64,000 nucleotides of DNA from contig CM120640.1 in assembly GCA_051362555.1 (NCBI GenBank), positions 5,580,001-5,644,000 on the forward strand. The letters are read 5' to 3'. The position numbers and the translations under genes are program-made. This document shows positions 45,532 through 58,326 of this stretch, in pieces; the stretch's first letter is position 1; each line of letters begins with the position of its first letter. The notes under the pieces were generated by a model that was given only the letters and a program-made list of their open reading frames with translations, did no database searches and was not told the DNA's origin. The DNA comes from Lingula anatina (lineage: Eukaryota; Animalia; Brachiopoda).

Positions 45532-48500
45532 TCACTTTAAAGTCTGATTACTGACAGTAAGTTTTTCCATGTCATTCTGAGTTTTATCAAGTGGGTCAGT
45601 AGTACTTTGAGATTCATCCTTTGTCTCTGCACAGTCTACACTTTTCTTTGTTGGATAAGTGCGTGCACCAAATATAGTGCTTCCCACTCGCACATTGGTA
45701 CTTCCAACTTCAATCTGAAAGAGAAATGATTAAAAACTTTCGTCATATTAATATTCTTCTTTTGTGAACAAAATTCCAGTTAAAATGGGGTAAATGAAAT
45801 AAATATCAACTTTATGTATGCATATGAGAAGCTCTTTTAATTTTTATTAAAAACAAGAAAAAACGGTGGATTTGACATCTCATACAAAAGAAATCCCCAC
45901 CATGCTGTTCACTTACTGCATGTTCAAAATCGTTAGACATGCCCATGCTCAGTTCTATTTCCTCCAATCTCAAACCAAGGCTCTCACATATCTCCTTTCT
46001 GCATCTTATTAGTTCCTGTAAAATAATTGTTTCTACATATTTTCTATAAATGTATTTTGGATGAGCTTATTACAATTTTGTCTGACATCTCTTTGCAATG
46101 AAATTGTTAAAGAAGATATTTTTAATGCAACACCACACACACTAAGGGATTTATGAGAAAGGTTTAAAACACTAGAACTGTGAGCCTTAAAAGTTCTTTT
46201 AGAAATAAAAATTTCAGTGTTACAGTTCTTGGCTATAGGATTGTCCCTAATTTCAGTGTCACCTTTCAGTATTTTACATTCAGTGTCACCTTTCAGTATT
46301 TTACATGTAATATCATCTTATTATTCATAAAATATCTGCCAAATATGTTCCCACTAGCTTAGTTGAAGAGTGCTAAGATGCAAATTCTGAAATTAATTTT
46401 TCTTTTTTCAGTTTTACGTAAAGATGAAACACCTTATGTGTGGAATAAGATGTTACGAAGGGGAAAAAATACCATGGAACAGCTCAAAAGCTTATAATTA
46501 TACCTGAAAATCTGGATTTGGCCCTTTACTCAGGTCGTATCCTAATGCACCTATTGTCATCAATCCCTCAAACTTCAGGTTAGGACAACTGGATATGATG
46601 TGGGAAACTAAAGCACCACACTGGTCAGGAGAGCAGCCAGATTTATCTTTGGAAATGATAAAAATTGATAACAGCTGTTATGATATGTCAGATATAGAAG
46701 TCTTTTGTGTTTTATGTGATATGTAATTACAGTCAAGCAAAGCTGCATTGAATGACAGCAGATTACACTCAGATTAATATGTCTGTGCTAAATCTAAATA
46801 CATGACTCCAAACTTTCAAAAAGTATCTAAAATGGCACTAATTTATTTACAAATATAAGTCCCTTGAAATGTTACTGTTCAACAGTGCGCTGGGTGTGAC
46901 AGGTTCAGCACAGATTTATGTCATAAAATTAAACAACTTACTCTCTTCTTTACTTGTATTTACTTGCACAAAGATTTTCAGTTTGTCTGACTTTTCTAAT
47001 TTTCCCCATGCAGTGTTCAGTTTAGTAGCCAATTTTTCTGTATCAATTGTTTCTATAACAAATAAATTCGGAACACCTGAAATACAGAAAATAAAATCTT
47101 ATCAAATCTGCATAAAGTCAGCTCTATCTTTGTCACTATTAGAGGCAAAACAACAACAACAACGAAATCCGAAAGATTACAAGTATTATTGGTAAAAAAG
47201 TTTATAATTTAAGCTGATGATTTAACCTGAACTAGATACCTATAACTTTAGGAATTTTTTTGCTCTGTAGTGGTCCTATGAAATGCCACCTGATGTCTTC
47301 GCATTTCTCTAAAACCTAAAAAATGGAAAAAAAAATCCAGCACTGAACATTCCATTCTTTGCTACATGTACAGTTGTACATGTCTGCAAATGATATAGAA
47401 ATTGACTCTCAGAAATGTAGAAGGACATGGTGGTCTAAGTGACTGGTGGTCTAAGTAAATAATTCAGAACAAAAACATTAAACATGCTTAGGTGTGGGGA
47501 TGGGTCAAGCAATGATGCAGGAGCAGAAGAAAATTGCTCATTTTTCAAAGAAAATTTAATTTTAAGAAAAATTCCCACATAGAAAGCCTTTAGTATTTTT
47601 AAAGGGTTATTATAATAAAACATGCTGTACTCTATTCAACAAACTGAAATAAAACTAAATGAACTATGGGTCTTAAATGTTAAGCAACTACATGCTTTTA
47701 AATAAAATTATATACTGAACAATGCATTTGGGGCATTGAATACAAAGTACATGGATAGGTACCTACCATATCTCTGCTTTTTTGTTCCAATTCTTGAACC
47801 TGTAAATAAACAAAAGTCTTGCCCTTTCATACATGCATTCATGCATGGTAGTTATAATATACTGGTAAATAAACAAGTTAACAAAGTAATTTTCTATTTG
47901 AGCACACAATTGCTATGTATACTTGAGTATCTATTCATCAAGTCATTTATTTATTTATTCCTTATTAATTTTTCAGCAATATGTGAACAGTGTATTGTAG
48001 TGTTCACAAATATAATTCCCAGACATGTAAATTAATTTGATTAGAGTCGACTGCTTGTGCACTCGACTCGTTTTATGGCCTTACCTGTAGTTATGTAACT
48101 TCGGTGGACGTGTGCAATTTAAATAATTAAAATATGTTATGTACCTTTACATATACATATGAGATGAATGTCCTAAACTTATATAATTTTGTACGCTTAA
48201 TTCAAGCGTGGGCTCGAAATAGGACATTATGTTTTAGACTTACTTAGTGGATAACGCAATTCAAAATTCCACGGTTCGTGTCAGCTTTACGTAAGGTCGC
48301 GCAAAGAAAACCCAAGTCCACATAATGACCAGTTTAATGGTTTATTGGTTGACGATCTCTAACTACATGTTCTATACGTGAAGCCTCCAACTTCTAAGCT
48401 GTCTAAGCGTACAAAATTATATAAGTTTAGGACATTCATCTCATATGTATATGTAAAGGTACATAACAGTATGTAATACTCCAGGTTAAATTAAATATAA

Positions 48501-48906
48501 ACAAAAAAACTCACATAATTTTCTCCAAAATGTTTCTGGCCACAGTTATAGGCTTCTAGCACCATATCTGGTGGCTTTGTTTTACTGACAGCAACAAGTC
48601 TAGGGTGTAAATCTGGAAGATCCTATAAAATAATAATAATACAACCCCTATGACAAAAGTTAAGATCAATCAACTTTCTCGTTGCTGTACTACTGTAATA
48701 TACAGGAACATGTACATGTACATGCAAGCAAACACACTGTAGACCACACCATTCGATTGCATTTACTTTTTAGTCACATGCATTGTAACATTTATCTTTA
48801 TATTGGACATGTACCGAAGGTCTCCTCTGTACTGCTGCTGTCATCCTGTCTAAGACATCTCGCAAAGCACTTCCTACCCCAGATGAAGTTGCCATCGCTC
48901 TTCTCA
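45532..48906 (-). CDS. PLPBP: Pyridoxal phosphate homeostasis protein (PROSC/YggS family), 8 exons
   Basis: [81 protein letters not shown]. Confidence 0.95.
48135..48468. mobile_element. 334-bp MITE-like element with perfect 65-bp terminal inverted repeats in a PLPBP intron
   Basis: 48135-48199 is the exact reverse complement of 48404-48468. TGT...ACA ends. No clear TSD. Confidence 0.75.
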
Positions 48907-49071
48907 TGTTTAATGTGACCTAATTGCTGCGGGGTGACAAATATCAGTTATTCCAGGGGAAGAAAATATCCCCATAACTCTTCAAAAACTATTTTGTATT
49001 TCTAGTTTATGCAAAATAAAAATTTTGTATAAAATTAATAGATTTTATAGAAAACTAATTTTTCAATAAGA

Positions 49072-49113
49072 CGGCCATTTTCTGCGAATCTTCACTACCG
49101 CGTATACTTCCGG
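49072..49113. promoter_or_regulatory. Bidirectional promoter core PLPBP/PANK (YY1-like and ETS-like motifs)
   Basis: CGGCCATTTT and ACTTCCGG lie between divergent start codons about 560 bp apart. Confidence 0.5.
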
Positions 49114-49468
49114 TGCTAAAGGTTACGAGACATGTGTACATTTGTTCTTATCTTACGACATGTGTGTGTCGTTTGCATAGTTGCAGTCTTTGTCAACAGT
49201 TTGAGCAACGCAGTCACAGACAAACCTGCATGACTGATGAGAAGTGAATGTTTTTAATATCACCTTTGAATAATTCCATTGAGTATTCTATCGTTGTTTT
49301 TGTAAAAAGTGTTGCCGAAAAATATCGAGTGGAAAACATATACTGTATGATGTGGGCCGCGGTTTTACTGTGTCAACACAAATAGAGTAGACGTGCGTAC
49401 AGATCAGCAGTTTCTTCGCGATAGCAGTCTTGTATTCACGTTAAGTTATCAGGGATAAAAAACAACGT

Positions 49469-52400
49469 ATGGCAAGGATAGAGCAACCGCCTCGTAAGTT
49501 ACAAAATAATGATAATAATATTAATAATAATATTTTAAGTGGCCAGACTTTTGAAATGTTAATACTTATAATGTAATGGTTCGCCATGCATTTGGGTTTT
49601 TAAAATATCAATAGATGTACTGTACCCCAGTAGCTTGAAGCCTTACTGGTACATAGACGGATGCTTTATTGCCTACCAGTACTGTACTTTATATTTTAAA
49701 ATGATGCTTGCATTATAGAAGTTTACTTTTTTTGTCTCAGATTTATATGAAATGATTTATGTACATTGGTTATTTAGTTTAACATTCAGCAATGTTTTAA
49801 AATATACTAGTAATTAAGGTTGACAGGCTAAATTTAAAAAATCTAGATTTAATATGAAGTCAATTTAGAAGAAGAGATATATGTTCTGGTCATCAGATCA
49901 AGTCTAACTGTTAGAACACTGTCTAATATTTATGTATATTATTGTAGCATGCCCATGGTTTGGCATGGACATTGGAGGCACTCTGACCAAGCTGGTGTAC
50001 TTTGAGCCTACGGATCTCACAGATGATGAGGAGGGTGAGGAGCATGAAACCATCAGGACTATACGCAAATATCTCACTGGCAATAAAGCCTATGGTAAAT
50101 CTGGCATAAGAGACACCCATCTGGAAATGAAAAACCAATCATTTGATGGGAGGACAGGGACTATACACTTCATAAGGTTCCCAACCGCGGGTATGGGAGC
50201 TTTCATTGAACTGGCTAAAGCTAAAAATTTCCCCAGTGTGGCAGAAACTATATGTGCCACAGGAGGTGGAGCACACAAGTTTGAGCAAGACTTCAAAATG
50301 GTAAATATTGGTCTATTATTAAAAGATTTCTCAAAGGCACACAATGTGCATGGATCACTTCTTGTTGAACTTATCTAAGGACAATTAAAGACTCAGTATT
50401 TGGGGGGGGGGGGTGCTGTTTACCCCAGTGTAATTCATTAAATATCAATTTTGGCACGAAAATCCTCCTTTGTGTACCTTAAGTATCAGTGGGATTTCAA
50501 TTACAAATTTGCTGTGATTTAAAGCATTTAAGAAATTATACGGGTGATGAGAAAATGCATTCCTGTTAAGATGTTCATAAAAGGTGTTCAAATATTTACT
50601 TACTTAATCTCAGTTTGTTTTTGAAGGGCAGAATACAGGTCTTGTTTGTTCACATTGAAACAAGATGGGTTGGTGCTCATATCCACAGCCATTCAGTATA
50701 TAACGTATTGAGATTTAAGTTATAAGATAAATCTTTATGAATTATGTGTGTATTATATTTGAAAGCCTGCCACACATGGTGAATATATATCATACCAGTT
50801 TATACAGACCTTCTCTTATACAGTTGTATATGTAAGAAAGGGTTAAGATGTAGATTTTAGTTTAAATGTAGATTTAAAATCACTCATAGATATTAAATAA
50901 TTTCCATTTCTTTTTCACTTAAGTATATCATATGAAATCAGTTGGCAATGGTGTCTGCATATAGCAACTGTATCTCATGTATTGTTAATTATTGTGGTAG
51001 TTATAGTTTCTTACTGCAATTTTGCTTGCACTTTGCTGGCGGGCCACCATGCTGGTGCTTGGATTGCACGTGTGATTATATGAATAGGATATGAATAGGA
51101 GAGAAAGAAGGTGTTTTTATATGAAATCTTGGAGGTTATTAATGTGTGTATGTGTTTGTGTCTATGTTAAGCTCAGAATAAAATTTTGAACTATTTTAGT
51201 CAACCATAAAAGAATCAGAGCAGTTTCAATTTTACAATTGAAAATCAAGTAACAAGAATGCAATGTTTACATTAAGCAAATATATCAACTAGAAAAGAAA
51301 ATTTCCCTTTTTTAAAACCAACTGATTATTTTCTTATCATTGCAGGAAGTCAATTTGTCACTGAACAAACTGGATGAACTAGACACCTTGATCAAAGGAA
51401 TACACTACATTGACAGAAATAATCCGGATGAATGCTACTATTGGAAGCACCCCACAGAGCCAGAGAGGTGTGAAAAGGTGCCCTTTGATTTTCGGGACCC
51501 CTACCCTTACCTGGTGGTCAACATAGGGTCAGGGGTTAGTATGCTGGCCGTCAGCTCTCCAACTGAGTACAGGAGAGTGACAGGGACCAGGTAATGTATA
51601 GATATATGTAGTGAAATTATCTGGTTTTACGGGTAAACATTGATTAGTGATAGTTTATTAAGCTCTGTACTGTACATTGTTACATTTTACTGCACTCTAA
51701 ACTATATGTTTTGATACAGAATTTATTAGTGATACAAGTAGTAAAAAATAAAACAAAAATATTGCAGAATCATGTAAATGTTCCACTTAAAATAAAGAAG
51801 GTTTAGTCGGAATGATTTGTGAAAATCCTTCTCTTTGATTGTTATACTTTTCTTGTATTAAATGTTTACTTTTCTTCTTATATAGGATAGCATGGCTATA
51901 AAACTGTGTTTGTATTCATGGTTTGAAATTTTAATGGATTATCATTGATTTCAGTCTAGGAGGTGGTACATTCCTAGGTCTCTGCTGCCTGTTAACAGGG
52001 TGTGAGACATTTGAAGATGCCATACAGCTGGCGGCCCAGGGGGACCACCACAGCGTGGACAAGCTGGTCAAGGATATCTATGGTGGGGACTATGAAAAAT
52101 TCCATTTGCCTGGTGATTTAGTTGCCAGCAGGTATTACTCAAAAACAAAAACAACATATCCAGTGATGGACATCAGCCATCTTATTGTTACAGATATGAA
52201 TTTGTTATTACTATTTGATGTAGTGAAAACACTATTATGATCTCAGTTATCTTTTCTTTACTGTATCTGATAAGTATCAAGTGCTTTGTTAAATACTTTG
52301 ATATTATCTGAACTGCTTATTTTTTTAGTCTTTTATTTTGATGGTATATTTTTGTAGCACCAGAAACATAGTTTGCTTTTGTCATGACTCTTGTCTCTTA

Positions 52401-53348
52401 TCTTCCTCTAGTTTTGGGAACATGATATATCCAGATAAGAGAGACACTGTGTCAAAATGTGATTTGGCCAAAGCCACTCTGGTTACCATTACCAATAACA
52501 TTGGTTCCATAGCACGGATGTCTGCAGTCAATGAAGTAAGTTAATAGCTGGGTCATAAACTCTTCACTAATGATATATGGAATATTGAAAGATTTTGAAT
52601 TTTTCAAGTTTAAGACCTGAACATTTAGTTCTAAAGACAGAACCAGTAGGCCATAAATGAAAAATAAATATAAAATCATTTGAAGAGAGTTCAAAACTGA
52701 CCATAACATTGCCCTTGATGTGTAATTTAAGGTCGTATTGAAATATTTTATATACCACACAAAAAACACTCACTCACACTGGGTTAAAAAGTGACAGTTG
52801 GGGCTCATTTTGTGGTCATTTAATGTATAATGTATCCTTCAGAAAATCTGGATGTATGTTATTATCCAATATAATTACATAAACTTCCTTGTGAGATGTA
52901 CTTGGATCTGTTTATGTCTCTGAACTTAATGTTTTTTTTATAGGGCATAGAAAGAGTTGTGTTTGTTGGAAATTTTCTGCGAGTGAACACCATATCTATG
53001 AAACTCCTGGCATATGCAATGGAGTATTGGTCTAAGGGTGCAATGAAGGCTTTGTTTCTGGAACATGAGGTAATTTTGTAACAATACTCTAACACATGCA
53101 CCTTTTACTTAATAATTTGATTATAAAAGTTCACAATTTCTAGTCTTCTAGTTGCAGGCATAAAAACAATTTCAAGAAAGACGTTTTGAATGTAAATACT
53201 ATGCCACTTCAGAAGAACATTAGCATTCTTATAAATATCTAATTGATTTATTGATCAAACTAAAACCTTTTCATTTGACTTTTACTCTTAGGGTTACTTT
53301 GGAGCAGTTGGCTGTTTAATTGATCTGGTCAGTGGTGGGAATTATTAG
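49469..53348 (+). CDS. PANK: Type II pantothenate kinase (PANK1/2/3 co-ortholog), 7 exons
   Basis: [99 protein letters not shown]. Confidence 0.95.
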
Positions 53349-54713
53349 GTCAATAACAGTGGATGAAAAGATACTTTGACTGGACCAAAACTTTTGTTTT
53401 GAGTGTGTAACTGGGCTACTGTAGACACAGCATTATTGTAACTGGACCAGAATAAACCTAGTATATGTTCTGTATTTGTCTAGCACACATCACTGCATTT
53501 AACGAATGTTATGTGTTCAGACTATTGGAAAGTTGCATCTGGAAAAAGATACATAAGTAATAAACTGTGTTTGCATTTACAAAAGGATATATAGATGCAA
53601 TACCTTGAACATGTTTATTAGGTAATAACTAGGTCCATTTAAACAATTCTCAGTCAACTTTATCAAAGTTGTGTTGAAAAATAGTGTCCTTGGAATTTAC
53701 GTAAATTTCAAATTCACTGTTACAGTAGAGTAAGAAAATGGTTTGAGTGAAATATGGTCTTGGTGACAAGAATTTATGCTCTGCAAAATGAGGTCTCATT
53801 TGCTAAAAAAAATGCTCAATTGTTTTCTGAGAAAAGCATTCCAAACCCATAGATTCCATGCATGCACAAATGGAAAGGGGATAAGTACACAAACCTGTAC
53901 ATCAATGAGGACTACAGGGAGTGGATAATTTTTACAATCAAAGGTTTTATGTTTACCAAATATATTTCATGATTTTGAAGATTTTTGAGGACTCACTTCA
54001 CACACACAATGGAACACAAGTGGTATTTTTTTTAAATACTAGAATGTTATTTTTTAATGGTCAAGGGTTATGATAGCATTATCTCAGTGGGTATTCATTT
54101 CTGTATAATTGTAATATGCTCATGGCTGTTATAGGTACCCAGAGCTCTAGCTGAAAGTAATCTTGGTTTCTTAGATACAGACCATTGGTCAAGCAAGAAA
54201 TGGAAAAATAAATGATTCTGCCTTTTTAGATAACTAAAACCCAGTGTATTTTAAATGTCATAGATTAAAAGTGGGGGTATTTAAGCACTGTCCATGTATA
54301 TACTAGTGAGTGGTGTCTTACACATATTTAACAGGGATGAGATTTTTCTGATCATTGGTGGAATTCCAACTTTTTTGGAGCTAAAAATATCACTGGCCTA
54401 TGTGCCCCCCTGGACCCCAAACCATAATTTTTCGACTTTTTCACTAAATGGCAGTCTTATCCCTGATTTAAAGGATATATCTAGTACTATTTTTAGGCAT
54501 TGTGGTTGATCTGTTTTATTTTATTATGTTGTTACTCACACCTTAGTCTTCCCTAATGAAAGTAGGTCTATGCAATTCATTCTAGAATGATTTTCAACTT
54601 TACAAGCATTTGACTGTTCAGATAGGTAGTATGAAAGTAGTTTTGTATTTTGCATCCAGTTTTACTTGTTGAAATAGTAATATCTAGGGCCCATCAAGGT
54701 CCTACGTTATATT

Positions 54714-56503
54714 CATTTCTAGCAACGTGAACATTTGGACGCTATCAAGCGGTCAAAATATGACCTGCGCCGGGCCATCAAGCGCGCTAAGTTGCGGTAT
54801 AGAGATAAACTTGAGGCAGACATCTCCAGCTGTAATTCTAGTGAGCTCTGGCAGGGAGTGAACAAAATCACCGGCTACAAACCTAAAACCAAACTCTCAC
54901 CCACGGATGACACCAGCCTACCAGACAAGTTGAATGAATTCTACGCCCGCTTCGACAGACCAAATACTATATCTCCTATCATCTGTTCCCGAGATAAAGA
55001 AGCACCCTTCCAGCTGTCGGAAGAAGACACCCGGCTTGGTCTTATAAGATTGAAAGTTAAGAAAGCGGCAGGTCCGGATGGGATTACACCTAGGTTGCTG
55101 AAATTATGTGCCGATGAGCTCTCTGGTGTACTGTGCAACATCTACAATTGGTCTTTACGCTCTAGCTATGTGCCAAAAATATTTAAACAATCTGTGATAA
55201 TACCTGTTCCAAAGCGCACGCCTGTTACCTGTCTTAATGACTTTAGGCCTGTAGCTCTAACTTCCATTGTTATGAAAGTGCTTGAGAAATTTGTTATGCA
55301 ACATGTGAAATCAAAATTACCGACGTCCTTCGACCCTTTTCAATTTGCATATAGAAAAAACAGGTCGACGGAAGATGCTGTTGCTATTACTCTACATAAT
55401 GTTCTTACTTTTTTGGATCGTAAAATCCCTAACTATGCAAGGTTACTTTTTATTGACTATAGTTCTGCTTTTAACACGATATCGCCTTTTAAACTTCACG
55501 AAAAACTTATTAACTCTCTCCATTTTAGTAAATCACTAAGTAATTGGATTTTAAATTTCTTAATTAATCGTACACAACAGGTCAGAGTCGGCAATAACTT
55601 TTCCAAGACTATAGAGATAAATACTGGCACGCCTCAGGGCTGCGTCATTTCGCCTCTCTTATATTCTCTGTTTACATCCGACTGTGTGGCTTCGTATCCT
55701 GATTGCTTGATTGTTAAGTTTGCGGATGATACCACCTGCGCTGGCCTTATTAGCACTTCCGAGTCTGACTATCGAAATCAAGTTTCGGCCCTTGTTTCAT
55801 GGTGCTCTGAAAACGACCTCGAGCTTAACGTTAAAAAGACAAAAGAAATTATTGTAGATTTTAGGAAAAACCCAACAGAAATTAGCCATCTTACGCTGAA
55901 TGGTTCTGAGGTTGAAATAGTCAGACATTTCAAATTTCTTGGCATACATATATCTGATGATCTTAAATGGCACATTAACATAGATGATATTGTCCGCAAA
56001 GCTCAGCAAAGACTCTACTTTCTACGACGATTGAGGTCATTCTATGTCAACCAAGAACTGCTGGCAAAGTTTTACCGGGCTGTGATTGAGAGTGTGCTAA
56101 CACAATCTTTCACCGTCTGGTACAGTAGTGCTACAGTAGAGGACAAGAATCGCCTCAACCGCGTAGTAAAAACTGCCAGGCGCATTGTAGGTAGGGACCT
56201 GCCGTCTATTGAATGTTTGTATACGAGACGAGTGCTCAAGAAAGTAAAGTCAATCACGAGTGACCCTGGTCACCCAGCGAATAGCCTACTTATGCATATG
56301 TCAACAAGCCGACTGCGGTCATTAAAAGCAACCTCCACGCGCACTAAGAATAGTTTTTATCCATCAGCAGTACGTATTTTTAATGAACAAAATGTATTTT
56401 AATAATTCCACTGTATCACATTTTATCGACAGATCATACCAACTTTCATTTTATATTTGTATAAATATGACAATAAATTATTATTATTATTATTATTATT
56501 ATA
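54714..56503 (+). mobile_element. 5'-truncated non-LTR retrotransposon (Rex1/Babar-like, CR1 group) with intact RT ORF at 54735-56402
   Basis: KAAGPDG, DFRPVALTS, QFAYRKNRSTEDA, LFIDYSSAFNTI, GTPQGCVISPLLY, KFADD, LNVKKTKE, FKFLG. No endonuclease domain. (TAT)n tail at about 56478-56503. Confidence 0.92.
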
Positions 56504-58326
56504 TTGAGTTATTTGCAAAATTACCTGAATCAGTAAATCTTGGCTTGAAATTGACCAACAGTGTTTCTGACAAATGGACATTATTTACTTTAAGGTATTT
56601 ATTAGGGATCTAGATACTTTTTCATTTTAAAGTGCAATTGAATGGGATTGTAGTTTGATAATTTATGTGTGAATATTTATGATAATTTAGAATGAACAAG
56701 AGAGCCATTTTTACATTCCCTTTGGTTCATTATATTACTTGTATCTAAATACGTTGGAGCTGTCATTTGTAATTTTTTTCTGCAATGTTTGTTTTTATCA
56801 TACCATAATGGCCAGCAGTATTTTTTTAAAAATCTTATCTAAATGGGTATTAATAAACTGTGAAGTGCAAGGGAGTTGTTGTCAAACAATATTATGATTT
56901 TTTTGTTTGGTTCACGTTTGGACATTTTTTTTTTACTGCTGCAGTTGTAACCAAGTATTTCTAAATTTACAAGTAGAAGGTTAGGAATGCCTAATGACCG
57001 AGTTTCAACAGCTGAAATTAAACTAAATGATATCTGGCCATTCAAAGAAAATGCAAAGTTTTGGGTGTTACTGCCAAAGATCAGCTATCCATCAACACAT
57101 TACAGCCCAGTTAGCCAAACTGAGTAATCTTGTCTATCGGAGGCAGTATTTGTCTCCAAGAGAAAAAAATGACAAATGTTTTAATTTAGTATATATTTTA
57201 TTTGATGATTTAGATATTATTTCAAAAAATAAAGATTACACAACCAGTAAATAATTACACAGCTTCGAGTGCACATTGCTTTCTCTTAAAAGCTGCATGA
57301 TACTTGTTCACAGAATGAGTATATCAAAGAACATTGGCATAATGGTATCAAAACTACTTTACACAGATATACCAGTCAGATCATTATTCTAAGCTATGCA
57401 AAGAAGGTTGATGCATCAATAAGATGCATTACACCATAATAATAAATTGTGTAATCAAATCCTCTACTAAAGGCCAATATAATGTAAACAACTAACTTCT
57501 GTATGCATAAAAAGTAACTGATAACAGATCCTACATGACATTAAGATTGCAAGCTGCTTAGAGCACAAACATAAATCACATGGTTTAGCCACAGCCTGAG
57601 AAAAGGCCAACATACCCTGTATACTACAAGTACAATACAGCAAAAGCTATATATCAGAACTTTAAACGACAAAAATACAGACTCTTCTCACAGCTGTCAT
57701 AATTTTGGAAAAAACTAAGAATATAAGTTAAAGGAAAGATATGTTATTTCCACTGTATCTACAAAATTTACATATGTTCTTGGTATATAAAAGTAAGAAA
57801 ATTTGGCTCGGAATTGTCTTGATATGAGTGACTTAATTGGACCCATGTTCAACAATTTGCACAAAAAATGTACAATGTTTAAAAAAAAATGCATTCAGTA
57901 TTTGAACATAACAAAAATAACAAACTATCAATAATATGAGTATTAAATGACTTAGAACTGTAAATAAAGATATCATTCATCAAATTAAAGGCAGCTGTTT
58001 TAAATATATAAGTAGAAAAATATATAAATGCACTGTCTACTTGAGTAGAAGACTACTTTACAAGTTGTTAGTCTCATTAAATTAAATCTGGTATCTTATC
58101 CCGCACACAACCACCTCATTTTTCAATTTACACCATTCATTTCATTCTCGCTGGTCTATTAAACAAAAATATTTTATCGCATTTCTTTTCATGGAAGTAT
58201 GTAAAATGTTTATTTTACATGGGTCTTAATCTTCATTTTAATTTTTACTTTGGCAAGGCAGATGTACCAAAGAGAAATGTCCAAAGCAAATTAAAGCTTT
58301 ACCCATTAACTACAGTAACTGCTCAA

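Noticed and set aside
46251-46305. 27-bp direct duplication in a PLPBP intron
   Set aside because: Simple slippage duplication with no sign of function.
49494-53291. miR-103/107 hairpin, which vertebrate PANK genes carry in an intron
   Set aside because: No AGCAGCATTGTACAGGGC-like sequence found by eye in any PANK intron here.
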